A DNA stretch of 64,000 nt from positions 11,894,722 through 11,958,721 of the forward strand of contig OZ037766.1 of the NCBI GenBank assembly GCA_964035545.1, read 5' to 3'. Positions 39,064 to 57,767 of this stretch are shown in pieces. Below the pieces are notes generated by a model, which made no database searches, was not told the DNA's origin, and saw only the letters and a list, made by a program, of their open reading frames with translations. Both the position numbers and the translations under genes were made by a program. This DNA is from Bugula neritina. Its lineage: Eukaryota > Animalia > Bryozoa. Every line of letters begins with the position of its first letter. Position 1 is the stretch's first letter.

Positions 39064-41349
39064 ATTAGCTACTGGATGCTTACTGTAAGATATGAATATA
39101 GGGCTATGGTTGGTTTTCATGTATTATTATGCTACTTCTCTATCAAGCACCATCTGACATTTCCCATTGATAAACTAGCTATCTAAACTAAGACCTCTTG
39201 TAACTTATACTTTGAAGAAAGTCTTCTCTCTATGCCATGAATATAACAAATTTTTAAGCCATAGCCAAGTATTTCAGTATCTTTTGTAATGCACGAAAAG
39301 CTTTCTTTTTCCAATATGTTATGTTTTTTGAGTAAAGTTCTAAAATATTTTTATTGTACAATTATCGTTCTCAAATGTTAAAATACACGTGCTGTCAAGT
39401 TGTTGCTTATTTTGAGGCTGCATGAAGACTATCTACTCATGCAAATACGAAATCTTGCAGCGATTGTAGCAGGAAAAGTTACCTATCCATAGACAAACAA
39501 CGTCAACTTTTAAACTAAATATAGTCAACCAAGGTTATAAGTGAAGATCTACATTTCTAATCCTGTAGCGTTAGACTTGGTTAAAGACAAAGTTTTGTTT
39601 TCTACTTATCAAAACACATTCAAATTGTTATATAATATTGGAAGTTAAACAAGAGTGAGTACGTGCTATTTGAAAAAATTAAACTTGGTGTGTGGATATG
39701 TTTTTACTCTAAACCCTATATTACGGTAGAATTCTAAAGCAAACAAAGTTTTAATTGACTCTTAGTTATGTCATAAATCATTTGGTCTTTTGTTCCCTGT
39801 GGTGCCATTGTAATAGGATACCATTGCATTTTTATTCCCTACAGATTCTAATTGTATAAGATTGGAAATAAGGTATCTCAACTAATATAACTATTTTAAA
39901 ATGATTAAGTTGCGCAACAAGTTACACAGGTATAGATTGGGGCCTACAAAAAAGAAAACCATTAAAGTCCAGCTCATTTTATATTTCATAGCATTTAATT
40001 TAATTTGAAGGAAGCAAAGGCTAGTTCATATTTGAACTAATTTTACTGCTTCAGTGATTTTTGAATGTGACTACTCTAGAACAAGCAGTTAACTACAGCA
40101 TGTCTATTAATAACTGCTCAGTTTACTGTCCTTTAGGCTAAAGGAAAACTAGTTGTTACTGGTTGAATATAACATTAACATAATTACAGCAATTTTATCA
40201 AAAAATAGTACAAATTGAATTAACTCTTATTGTATAATATTTACAAAAAGACGACATATTTACTATTAGAAAGGAGAAATATGACGTAAGTTTCAGGATG
40301 GTGGTTTGAGGTTTCAACAGCTTAGAATCGTTGAGAATTTTTGCCCTTAGGATGTGCTGTTTTCTGCTAGCTCTAGAAACAATAAGTATAAAATGTATCA
40401 GGGATAAAAGTTGAAGCACTCAGAATACACTGTATTTTCATGCTAGTCTGATCATGGCTTGTTTTCAAGTTGCAGATCTATAAATAGCATACCAGTTGGA
40501 ACTAGTGACATAACCACCTTTACCTAGTTATTACTGGCCAACATTTATTAACTATCCTTTCAAAAGTTAACTTGTTTCTCCTTTGTTATAGAATCAACAA
40601 CTTTTTTTAAACATATTCTATAAGTAGACTTACATATCCCTGTATTTACCAGTGTTACATAATAGAAATCTATATGTAGTTGAAACATGTGCACTAAACT
40701 TTTTGAATGGTTGTATGTTGTTTGGGTTTACAAAAATAGCTGTCGCAATGTAACAGCTACCAAATTTATTTGCTACAATCACCTGCTAGATTCCGTCAAC
40801 GAATAAGTTTCTTTACACCAGCCTCATCTTATCTACACAGTTTATGCTAATATAAGTAATAACCACTCAGCCCAAGATTCTATTATCTTATTCTCATCCT
40901 GGTTACTGATTAAACTTGTTTTGAAAGGCTTAACAGCTCTACAATTGTTGTTGTGATAACTAATTAAGTACTAACTAACAACACATGACAGCCACATGTA
41001 TACATCAAGTTTATTAAAAAATAAGTAAAATATTGATATTTAATGTTATCTAATTTTATGCATAAGTATAGTATGCTGCAACTTTTTTTAATTAATTTGT
41101 AAAATATTGTTATGAGATTACAGCATGTCTACAACATCTCTTTATAAATATGTGTCTATAAAAATCCACAAGCACTATATAAAATTGGTAGTAAATGAAA
41201 AATTGAGATATAAAGAAGATTTACAGATTTTCTTATTATCCTGCTATTATTTAAAGCTTCTTTATTTTACTTTGCGCACATTATATATGGCAATTCACAC
41301 CAGTAAAAAGTAATTGCTTGCTTACCATGCACATGAAGTCTAGTTCATT

Positions 41350-41591
41350 TAAATTCGCGATTCTGGGAGAACTCCTTATAGTAAAGGCTTTCAGGTTGCA
41401 CCTCTCTCATACTAGCAATAACATTTTGAGGGCTTTTGCTTTGAGTGCAGGAGTAATTTTAACTGACATCATCAATAGCCCTGTCAGATTAAACCCATTG
41501 TATTCTCACCTATCTCCGCTTTGTCCAGGTCAAACCCATGGCCTATGCTTACTAGGTGAGTGCTCTAATTACTAGGTCACGACTGCTACCT
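41350..41591 (-). mobile_element. SINE family A, degraded
   Basis: Head on the minus strand GGTAGCAGTCGTGACCTAG...CATGGGTTTGACC; eroded core and tail. Confidence 0.55.
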
Positions 41592-41619
41592 AGTTTAGCA
41601 TGCCAATAATATATTATCT

Positions 41620-41822
41620 TATATGTATTACATGTATAATACATTAAATATATTGTATTACATATATTACATTACATTATTACATTACATATACTATATT
41701 ACATATATTGTCTTACATATATTGCATTACATGTATTATATTACATATATTGTATTTCATATTATCTTATATTAAATTATTATATTAAATATCTTACTTT
41801 ATATATATTACATTATATATGT
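41620..41822. repeat. AT-rich degenerate (TATTACA/TATAT) low-complexity tandem
   Basis: Seen directly. Confidence 0.7.
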
Positions 41823-43440
41823 CATAAAATGAGTAATATTGACAAACTGGTAGTATTTATAATCTGCACTAAGCTATAATTCTTTCAGCAATGCTTGATG
41901 GACATTTTCATCACAATGAATGAACCTGTGCAAAATATTTTACCGTCAAAGTAGAACACGTTGTTAATGAAAATAAGATCTCTTAGCTCAAAGGTAAGAA
42001 AATTAGTTTATGTTAATTAATCTAGCATTTAGAACAGCCTTAGACCTTCATCCCACTTCAGCATTTTTGTGAAGCTGGACAAAGGAAATATTGTATATGT
42101 TGTAAGTACATATTTTTAATCTAAACACTGCAAACATAGATCACCAACCCGGTCTTATAAAGAGATAAAAACTACAGTAGTATAGTAGATTAATTCAAGA
42201 ATTAGATGAAAAGCATTTATATATCTCAGTAGTTGAAGTAATTGCAATAATTTTGGGCAAATTTGGTGTGTTTTTTTCAAGTTTTCAAAATGGTTATTTT
42301 ATAAAATTTCAACATGAAAGCTTCTATGTACTGCAAACATCAAGTCATGAAAATTGACTTTCTTCAAAGCGCTAATATAAAAAGGCAAGTTTTTGTTTTT
42401 GTTGATCACTAAAAGTTATAAATATGGTGAATTTTTATTATATTAATATTCAAATGTGGCTTAAACTTTGGCCCAATTATGACTTAAGGTAGATAATTTT
42501 AATTCTGTAAATAAATATAATGCAATGATTACACCCGTTTTCATCATATGTACAAGTAGATAAATGCATACCATGTTTTTTTTTAACTGTTGCATACTAT
42601 TGCCATTTCCTATCAGTAAACACAGCTTATTATAGCAATGAAATGTTATAAATGATGTACATCTCTTTATGAATTTGTAAACTAAATTTTACTTTTTTTC
42701 CTAATAACCAGCATTTTATTGAAAAGATATTATTCTGAATTACAAACTAAATTCTATAGATTTTAAGCTATTGTGAATTTTGAAGGTCTTATAATATGCA
42801 TTGAGAAATAAATAGACTCACGTTGCATTCAAATATATGTTTGATTTATTACTTATCAAGAATCCATTTTAACATTTTGAAAAGGAAGAGGTTTTGCATG
42901 TGTAGCTAAAAGTACTAAAAGCAGAATATGTTACTAAGAACAACAATCTTTGACAGTACCAGCTTGCTAGCCGGTACGTAGACCCCTTTGACCCCCCCTC
43001 CCCCCAGAGAAACAGGATTGAGCTAGAGCTAGCGGTTGGCTTATAAGTATGCGTGTATCTTACAGCCTTAAAATGGTTATAAATAGCACTTCATGTCTAT
43101 CATTAGAAGATAGAATAAGCAGACGTGAGAATATAGGAATTTAGCTTAAAACTTTCCATTGGTTATTTAAGTCTACCTGTGGGTACTCTTTGATGAAAAT
43201 AAGTTTCCCACCTGTAACATGTTGGTACCCTTTGACAAGGGTGAGTCAGAAGGAGGTGTGTAGTTATTTATAGGGTAACACATTTATCTAAGACCAATAG
43301 AAACTTAACACGTATTATAATAGATGTAATATATAATACACACACATATGCTGGTATGTATTATGATACAATCATTACATATTCTACAATCACATGCTTT
43401 GTTATAACATAATTATTACACTTATATATATTGAAACATA

Positions 43441-43706
43441 GTCTATACACTAGAGGCTATACACTAGAGGCTATACACTAGAGGCTATACACTAGAGGCT
43501 ATACACTAGAGGCTAGACACTAGAGGCTAGACACTAGAGGCTAGACACTAGAGGCTAGACACTAGAGGCTAGACACTAGAGGCTAGACACTAGAGGCTAG
43601 ACACTAGAGGCTAGACACTAGAGGCTAGACACTAGAGGCTATACACTAGAGGCTATACACTAGAGGCTAGACACTAGAGGCTAGACACTAGAGGCTAGAC
43701 CCTAGA
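43441..43706. repeat. 14-bp minisatellite (CTA[T/G]ACACTAGAGG)n
   Basis: About 19 tandem units in two variants. Confidence 0.95.
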
Positions 43707-44211
43707 AGCGGTATCATTCACAAATATAATATGTACATAATGAGTTACAGGTCACTTTACTTTCATGAGAAGTCATTAGTATTCACATAGAAATTACTCA
43801 CTGCAAACGATGGATTTGAACCTCATAGCTATTACTATATAAATAAGCTGTTTTAAATGTTGCACACAAATAAGTATAAAATAACATTTCTTGTCAGTTG
43901 ATGAAAACTTTCAGAAATAAATGGCACAATTCCAAAACAATCCAAAGTTCAGAGCACTTCAAATAACTTGTTGTGATTATTAACCAAGTCACAATACCCC
44001 AACAGTTATGCACTTTATGGATATCCATGGCATTATAAGCCATGCCTCTTGACCTATTTATTTATGAGGTCACCTTAACCACCTATGATGATGAGAATAT
44101 ATCAGTGGCAAGCATATATAAGTTTTGTTAAACCATCATATTAAATCATTGCAACACTGGACGTACTAGAAGGCTGTACCAACTGATTTATTGAAACAAG
44201 CAAAGGGAAAC

Positions 44212-45221
44212 ATGGCTACTATTTCAAGACAGGACGGCATGGACTTCTTTGCAGATTCCTTTCTGCCAAAAAGAGAAGTTGTGATACAGTACGCTGCTGT
44301 GACAGAGCAAGGCCGACTAGAAGTTGTAATGAATGGCGAGGTGGGTTCATAGATTCTAGTGCGTATTATATAATATAGGTCATCTCTTTTTAAATAAAAT
44401 ATTGTCGTAAGTAGGTTTTTATTAGTGCACTTATTCAATTTTCTATGTATAAATTGTAGACGCTGCAGTACCCAGGTGTATGGGTGAGACAAAACTGTCA
44501 TTGTGCAAAATGTTTTAATCCAACATGCCAGAGCTACATCTCATCGTTGAAAGACATTACATTTGGAAATCTGGAATTACAATCTGCAACAGTATCAGCG
44601 GTTCGAACATTGAAATTATATAATATACTTTTATTTATGTAGAAAACTATGGCAATATGTTATATAAATGTCTTATAGAGTGTTTAATTCTATATGAAAA
44701 AACTACATAATCTGAAACAGGCTGAAACAAAACATAAATGGAAACAATTTATTGCTAGCATATTTTTGTGTTAAGCAATTTTGAAATAAAAATTTGAAAA
44801 ACATGCCAAAAGCAGAATATATTGAAAGTAGTTTGTTGGGCTAAAAGAAAATCATTACATTAATAATCAGAATGAAAGAGTGCTGAGTCTTATTTATTCT
44901 TAATACTATTCTATGCACAAATAACTAGCTTCCATATTCGCAAAATTAATTTTGTAGCTTTTAGTATACTTGAGAAAATTTCACTATAATAATATGTTGA
45001 GTTATTTTAAACTTTAGTTGATATGAGTACTTCCTATGGGCTCAGTGCTGTTTTCAGGCAGCCCGTAGGATAGATTAAGTTGTGGTACATATAATATGTT
45101 TTCATTCACTTTGTTACTAAAACTTATGATTAAGCTATTACCAATTAGACCAATATATTTTCCTGTCACCTGATCAGGACATGGCAGTGGAGGGTGAACA
45201 ATTATAACTATATATATACCA

Positions 45222-45287
<66 letters not shown>

Positions 45288-48200
45288 GTATATATATATT
45301 TACATCAATAACATAGATTAACCTAGAAAGGATATACTTTGGTGATTTAGATGGGAGATGTTGTAAGATGCGTACACAATGATGGCCACATCACAGAGTT
45401 TGATGCCTATTGGTTGTATAACCGTCGAATGACAGAGAATGGAATTAAGGAAAGATATGCTAACATGGCAATTTTCGAGCCTGTGTCTTGGCCTAATCCC
45501 TCGGAGATGGTAGTTACAGAAATCAGCTACGCCGAAGTTAGTTTCTACCTTTTTTATATTCTACAATTTTCAGCAGAAATATCCTTTTTGAATGTTGATG
45601 CACATGTATAATAGCTTTTGCCAAAGTGTTGCGTGTGAAGATTGCTAATTTTCCATGTTTTATGCTCTCTACATAGTATCATTTTACAAGTTCATAGAAC
45701 TTCATTCTCTGCCAGGTTTTTGAGTTTCAAGTACACCTTAAGTACTTTGCTTTGGTGGACAATTTCTAAAGTTTAGATTCTTGTGTTGATGGTATTTAAG
45801 TGCGATTTACGTTAAGTATTTCTTGTCTATACATCTAATTAGCAATTAAATCTAAATGATTTTGCATTATGGTTACCTAAAGTTATATTATATTATTAAA
45901 TCATTCAACTACACTTGAAATTTTAAAGTTTATTTTAGTCACTGTAATGACACACACACACTTAACGAAAAAGCTACATTACGCTTTATCACTATATTCC
46001 ATTTCTATTAGCAAAATACACCAACTGTTCTCGGTGTAACATTGTTTAGTATGAAGTCAAATACCAACTTTCACACTGCTGAAATATAAAACGTTCTTGT
46101 TTGAGTATTATGAATGTTATACTTTTGATGAGTGAATAAATAATATGTATCATAGCGAAACACAAACATGGTGTTGAAAGCTGTGCCTCTAAGGCTAATC
46201 TAATTAGGAAATCAAGCTACTAGTTACAAAATGCAATTTTTCAATTCCAACTAATTTTGCTATTTGCACAGCGTATAAGGCCTACTAGCTCATAATATGT
46301 AAATATTTGCTAGAACAGCGAGAACTGTACAAAGAAGTTGCACCTTCCTCAAACTAAGATTTAACAGTGCTTAGAGTTATAGCTGGTGGCTAATCATGAC
46401 TATTTTGACTTTATACAGATATCAAGCGATATAATAATTATTTTGATAGTAAATCATAATTTTTAATACTAAGGATTTACTTATTCTTTATTTGCAATAA
46501 CTGCAAGACATTCTTTTACATGTTTTTTTTTTCAGGTGACTGAAACATACGGAGGATTTGAAATTTTTGGTGATGCCTTGATTAAAGATGGGATTGTTAT
46601 TGTTACAGATGCGCCAAATGGCAAAGTTTTTAATGATTTTACTCAAAAGACTGGCCTGGTTGGAACAGCAAATCATTATGGGTAATCTCACACGGGTTGT
46701 GAGCTCCTTGCAGACGTTGCATTGAGCTCTCACTATGTGTCCACAGCGTGTCCTGTCGGCCTAATCACATGACATTATGAAAATGAATTCAATTCTTTCT
46801 CGGTTGCTAAAGTAATTATGTGAATCAGCCGCTGACAATAACTTTATCAAAATAATTTTTCTTCAAAAGTAATAGAAGTTGCCCATAAGAGTTTATTTAA
46901 GGATGTATGTCAAAGTTTATTTAGATGAGTAATTTTCAGATGAAAAGAATATGCTCTATATATTTCATTCAACGCTATTTGTATAATTAGTTGTGTTAGA
47001 TTGTGAATATAATGAGTTTAGTGAGTCTAGACTCTAGGTCATATTCAACTCAAAAAGAGGCTGTAAAATAGTTGAGTCCATAACGCAATATGCCACTAAT
47101 ACCTGTGTTGCAACTCACCATTCATCTAGTTGGTACATAAACTACATGGTTTATGAAGAAAATTTTGAACTAGACTTTTATTAAAGCATAACTAAGGCTA
47201 AGGAGCACTGTTCAGACAGATTTGGGTCTCATAGCAAAATATATTATAGTTGTCTGTGCTATTTGCAGGCTCTTATCAGAAACCTAAGTTAAACCAAACA
47301 GTTTTGCATACGACTAAGTAATAATATATGCTCATCATTCGAAGTATCATTTTTTTACTAAATCTTACATGAACCTGCTATTTTTTTATCAATTGGTTAA
47401 TGATGCAATGTAAACTAGCACATACCTTTTAAAAGTTGATATTATAAACAAATCACGGTATATAGGTAGAGCAAAAGGCGAGCAATTTTCATTTGAATTA
47501 AATAGCAAAAAATTAGCTACAATATGTTGCTGTTTATTTTACGTAAAAAAATTGTTTCATAAACTTAACCTTAATCAAACGCTTGTGTTAATAGATTTGA
47601 TTGGATTGTCAAGAATGAACCGAATCCTACAAACCATGCTTATACTACAGCAGAATTAGAGCTTCACACTGATCAACCTTACCTACACAACACACCGAAT
47701 GTAAGCAGATCTAGAGATAGGCTTATCTTTAAAATATTTTCTATTAATTCAGCCATTTTCAAAATTGTCAAATTGTCAAAATTGTCAAATGACTTCCCAC
47801 CAATTGTTAGTTTTGGATGCGTACCACATGTGTCAGATAAATAAGAGTAATTCATAGAATACGATAGAGCACATAATACATACCGCAATGTATATGGTGA
47901 CTTATATTATTTTGCTGACTCATACCAAAATATTTTCCTTTCCAATTTAATGCATTTGCAAGTTTCGAGTCCAGTTTGCAGTTGGCTCAACACATTCCAA
48001 GTGACATTTTCAATACTGCTAAAAGTATAATATATTTAAAGTCAGAATACATTTCCAAGGCAATCATCACTTGCAGATTTTATAAACACTTCGCATTTAT
48101 AGCAGAATAGAAAAGCATAAAATATTATTTTGAATACAGATCCAAGTGCTGCACACTATAAAGCGAGCCACCCGTGGAGGGGAGAACGTTATGTCTGATG

Positions 48201-49012
48201 GAGTGAAAGCTGCACTGGTATTAAAGGAGAGAAAGCCAGACTATTATCGTCTCCTTACCACTTCAGGGTTTATATTTGAAGATATCATTGCACATAAGAG
48301 CCATGACCCACACTTTTATATTACAAGGTCATCTCCAGTGATAAAGTAAGCATGAACTTGTTTCTGCTAAATCTTGCAGATTGATCGTTATTTTACTAAG
48401 GTTCAACATGGTTGCTCTAGCTCAAACCGTAAACCATAATTGCAAAATAAAATTGGGTCAAAGGCAAAAGCAAGGTTGAAGAATATTAAGCTAGAATTCT
48501 TTTCTTTTAGTCTGAATGAGAAAGGACAGCCAACTGTGATTCAGTGGAATAATGCATGCAGGAGCAGCTTCTTCAATGGCTCCCCTGAAGATTACGAGAC
48601 TTTAATGGAAGCCTCATTGGAGTTTTATAGAATACTTCATGAGTTTGCTATTGAAATATCTAACAAACCAGGTACCAAGTTATAATACTAAAGTCAAAGA
48701 ATTAAGAACTAAGAACTAAGAACTAAGATATTCGTTATTTGAATATCTAGTCAAAAAATGTGTACAGAAAGATGAAAAGTATTATCAAATATGATTTAGA
48801 CCTCATTGTTACACTTTTCTGATTATTTGCTGTCTTTAGGAGATATGATGGTGTTTGACAACAGGAGAATACTTCATGGCAGGAAATCTTTTCAGTGTGA
48901 AGAACAAAGACTGATTGAAGGATGGTATTTTGACTGGGATATGCTGTATTCTTTTTTGCGAGTTGCTAAAATCAAGAAATCAAAAGATGAAAATATGGTT
49001 ATTAGTGCTTGA
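44212..49012 (+). CDS. BBOX1: Gamma-butyrobetaine dioxygenase-like 2OG/Fe(II) dioxygenase, copy 1 (8 coding exons, 415 aa)
   Basis: Exons 44212-44340, 44460-44600, 45351-45536, 46536-46681, 47595-47700, 48140-48345, 48511-48671, 48840-49012; phases compatible. Zn site WVRQNCHCAKC...DGH; Fe ligands HTD and DNRRILHGR; C-terminal RLIEGWYFDWD. The frame is open back to an acceptor at 44170, so the true start may be upstream. Confidence 0.88.
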
Positions 49013-49700
49013 AACTTTTGCTTTTGTAGCTTTACAACAATATTATATTCCATACTATATAGCTGGTGAGTTTGATCAGTAAAATGAAAGGGTGTACTCT
49101 AAATATTTTTGTTGTCATTTTCATTTTGAATGGCTGTTAAATAACAATTATTAACAGTACTAAACTATTTTGCATACATACACAGTCCCAACACAAAGCA
49201 TAGGAGTCATAAAATATTGTTTATTGGAACACGTTTTACTTACAAGTAGTAAAAGTAATGTTATCTGTGTTATTGTTTACGGTTGGTGTATGGTGTTGCT
49301 CCTAAATGTATATTTAAAAAACACAAAATAGCTATCACAATTGCAGGTTTTAATTTGCATAATATTTTATACCATAAATAGTTATCTATCGCAAGTTTTT
49401 TTTTCTATATAAATAAATAAAATTAACCCTGGATCAACATAGCCCACCTTCTCTTATAATTTAATAATCAATAGCAAAAAGCAATTACCAAACATTTGAC
49501 AGCTGAAACGATTCTCAATAACTCCAAATAAAAATGTGAAGGAAATAGTAAACATTAGTAGTAAACAACCTTTAATATGTTTAGTGGTTGGAGTGGTTGG
49601 CCAAGTGTGCACTAGGTTATTATGGATCAAGCTCTACAGCAGGGCTATTGGTGATTGCAGAAGATCATCCAATCATATACACACGCACACACGCGCACAC

Positions 49701-49759
<59 letters not shown>

Positions 49760-50119
49760 CAATCTGTGGACAGCAGCTGTTTCGGGGTTTGTCCCCTCAT
49801 CAGCACAGAACAGAGTACCATGGCCCACACCTTAGCAATAGTAGAAACTAATGTTTCTACTAAAGCATATTTAAAAGGTGTGTAAACTCAAGCCGGAGAG
49901 CTCAAGTGACTCTAGGGGTCACCTAGGAGTCACGAGCCTTGCAAAATGCTAGCAGCTTGAGTTTGTGACCATGGTGAGAGAGCTCAATCACTGAATGTCA
50001 TTGCTGAGCATTAAGTGAGAGCATAATACTTGTCAACACACACTCCAAAGTGATTAAGAAGTCAACTTTCAACAAAAAATAAAAGCAATGCCAAAGTTGC
50101 ACAAAATTGTGCCCTCCAA

Positions 50120-50340
50120 GCTTGGTGCAAACATGAGGTGATGACTTCCTTTGCATTAGTTGTGCATATTGTCGTGTACCTAGACAACTCTTTTATTCAC
50201 AGCTGCATGAAAGAAGGTAAGCGCAACCAAGGAGGGCCCAGACTGAGACTTTATTAAATGCACTGTATAGCAAAATATGAAGAAGATAAACTCGAATAAA
50301 GATAGCTGGCAAAGGAAAGCTCTGCATGTATAAAGACTGA
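50120..50340 (+). mobile_element. RTE-clade LINE 3' coding fragment, decayed
   Basis: Frameshifted RVPRQLFYSQL / EGKRNQGGPRLR matches the RTE ORF C-terminal R.PKQ.FY.EL..GKR..GG...R motif. Confidence 0.65.
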
Positions 50341-50849
50341 AATGTATAATCAGACAGAAATGAAAACAGTTATTGTCCTATTGGTAGACTGCTAAAATGA
50401 GAGGACAGATTTATTTAGAATTGTCTTCTCAAAGCAAACTTTGTGTAGAAAGGTAAAGACTGAGGCGCCAATTGCTAGAGGCATTATCGTTGCAAAAACC
50501 ATTACCTAGTTTTGCTTTTTAGCAAAATACTTTGATAATCAGAAATGGTCGATGAGTAGGTATAAAACATTTGGACATCTCACTTCAAACTACATTGAAA
50601 TGGTCTGTCACATTAGGAATGTATTAAACTGTTGATATATCACATAAATACTCATTATATATAGCAAATCTTCTAGAATAGCTGTTAGTTTTAGCTTTTA
50701 TATAATATTATTTGATCAACAAATCTGCTTATCAAGGCCGTTATAAACACCAACATAAGCAATAAGCATAAGCACTGTAATGTTGAGACTCCACAGCAGC
50801 CCCCCTCCCACCCCCTCCCCCCTCCTACCCCCTCCTACCCCCTCCCCCC

Positions 50850-50912
50850 TCGTGGTGTAATGGTTAGCACGGCTTGCGAAAGTCTGTGGTTTGATTCCCA
50901 GTAGAGGCAAAT
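50850..50912 (+). mobile_element. tRNA-like SINE head, family B
   Basis: GTGGTGTAATGGTTAGCAC...GGTTTGATTCCCAGTAGAGGC; same head as the 56204-56525 units. Confidence 0.55.
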
Positions 50913-50935
50913 ATTTTACAGAACAGGGTAGGGTA

Positions 50936-52285
50936 GGGGAGAGTGGGGCTAGTTGAACCACAGGCTAGTTGAACCACATGCTCTAAATTGTCCCCTTTAA
51001 ATCATTGCACTATTTTACTTCTTTTACTTAAAAGCATTTCAGGTGAACAAACTACCAGACATATGAAAATATATGAAATCAAAGCAGAAGTTTTTAAGAG
51101 AGCGAGTATTTTTCAGACTTTTTGCATAAAAAATAAGCAAATTAGCAAAATTCATTTTTTCATAAAAAGTTGCATAGCTTTTCAAATTTTAAGAGCCCAG
51201 TCAAGTAAATTCAGGCATGTATTTTCAACATAATTTTAATACTGGGTAATGACCTGAAATTGCAGAGATATCTCACCCACGCAGCAGATATCAACAACAA
51301 TTTGTAGCATGACATTGTGGGGCCGGTTGAGCCACATATGAAGTGGGGCGTGTTGAACCAAGTACAACTCGCCCCACGAACTGTTTTCACTATGGTAATT
51401 ATAATTGGGCACACCAGTTTTTACATTTAAGCTAGTGTATTTTTCTTAATTAAAATATTTCTGCCATCAATATATTATAAATCCAAATATACATTTAGTA
51501 CTAGAAGGAATAAGAAAGTAGGTCAATAGTGTAATTAAACTATTCCATTTGCAAATATTTTTAGAATTGTGCAAAATTTCATACGGAAAGCAGACAGGGG
51601 AACAAATTAAGATGACTCAACTACAGCAATAAATATGGTAAAGCAAGGCAGTGTGGTAAATCATCTGACAATAAGTTGAAAGACTTCAAACAGCTTTCTG
51701 AAAAATTTTGTTATGCTCAATCATTCCCTGTAATTTCTGGTGTTAAATGAGAGGGCCCAACTTTATATATGTAACTTGCTTAAAGAAGTACTGAAAAAAA
51801 ACAATTTTTGAGAGCTTTTTTGTTAGTTTTCCACTACTTCTTCGATTTTAAAGCGTTTTCTGCATCACCTATCTTTGAGATGTTAAATGGTTACAATGAA
51901 AAATCACATCAAGTGTTTCTGTCATTTGTTTATGACAATTTCTTTTTATTTTCTTTATGCCTTTAATTAAGTTAAGCTTTAATAATTTTTTTAGCTTGCA
52001 AAATAGTTAAAACAACTTTTATTAAAAAATAAATGGCACTGGTTCAACTTTCACACAGGGCGATTCAACTTGCCTCCTACCGGGCGCGTTGTGCCAAAAA
52101 GCGTGCAGGTGAAAAGCTAGCTCTATCTTAGCGAGTAAAATGTTTACAAAAATTTAGTTTTAATGGACAAAGACAGCAACAGATATCTAATTTTCCTGAT
52201 GCTGCATGGTCTTAAGATTGGCAAAAAAATTCTTCAAAACTTATGCTTAAAATGCAATTTTTGGTCAACTAGCCTCACCCTCTCC
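50936..52285 (+). mobile_element. Internally deleted pogo/Tc1-mariner-like DNA transposon
   Basis: TIR GGGGAGAGTGGGGCTAGTTGAACCA vs (reverse complement) GGAGAGGGTGAGGCTAGTTGACCAA, with TA on both flanks. Subterminal GTGGGG..GTTGA.CCA repeats at about 51318-51376 and 52040-52075. Remnant VQNFIRKADRG...AINMVKQG at about 51569-51650 resembles the N-terminal HTH of pogo-like transposases. Confidence 0.7.
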
Positions 52286-53328
52286 TATATTATGAAAATA
52301 GAAATAATAATACTTGATAAATAATTTAACCTAAGAAATATGAGCTTTATTTGTTAAATTAAATATAATATAATGTATCCTAACTTTTTGTGTTATATAG
52401 TCATTAGTCACTATTCCATCTTTGACTGCAAAAACAAAATACAAATTACTTTTATGCTATTGTAGGATTTTCCGAGATACAATTTCCTCAAAATGTCCAT
52501 GTACCATGACATCACTATAACAAGTTAATAATTATGTGACTCCAATACACACAGGTAAGCCAATTAATGTCATGTTAATAAAAGTTTTCCAAATATGTGA
52601 GCCCTCAGTTTATATTTACTGCACTAAAAGCTACTATAATATTTTTCTCTTCGTGACAACTTGTTGGAAATATCCAATGTGAAAACACCTTGAAAGTTCA
52701 TATAAACAACAATTTATTTTTAATGCAGTTCATGTATGAAAAAACAGGGCAAGAGTATAGTGAACATTTAAAATAGTGATATACCCGCTATAGCATTATA
52801 TGATATAAATAATCAAAACTCTGAATATTAAAAACACAACTATTTGCTTGCTGTTCCAATCATATAATATTATAGTAAAATAATAAGTTATACTAGACTA
52901 TATCTTATATTTCATTATAATATAGGAACAAATAGGCTGCATATATTGTTAAGTTGTATAACTTTAGTTAAACATAACATTAATATGTGCATGTTATCTT
53001 CTATTGGTGCTAGTACCACCATATAGCATAATATTATGGTATATCTCAAAGCTTTTTGCTACCAACAAGCACATCGGCCATTCATAAGGTACGTGACACT
53101 TCATCCTATTAGCTGACACTATTTCTGTACATTTTGGTTGTCTAAGTACCTGTATAAAGATTTTTATTTCCATATTTGGTAAAAGTGTGGGCAGATAGCA
53201 AGATCCTTAGTCATGCAAACTATTTGGATCCAGCAGAATGCTCGCAACATAAAAATTGATTCATTTAAATACTCTATGCGTAGTGCAGCTTTCATTGTTT
53301 GGCTAACAGCTTGCACTAAATCTGCAAG

Positions 53329-57767
<4,439 letters not shown>

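Noticed and set aside
41888-41993. Exon-like segment (cag...aag|gtaaga) as an extra coding exon
   Set aside because: No convincing open frame or homology; at most a 5' UTR exon of BBOX copy 1.
43441-43706. CRISPR-like array (also 7412-7902)
   Set aside because: Head-to-tail repeats with no unique spacers, no cas genes, eukaryotic context.
44212-49012. Assignment as trimethyllysine dioxygenase (TMLHE)
   Set aside because: YP.VW.R.NC, N.AYT..L..H.D and R..EG.Y.DWD fit BBOX1 better as I recall the two families; a phylogeny would settle it.
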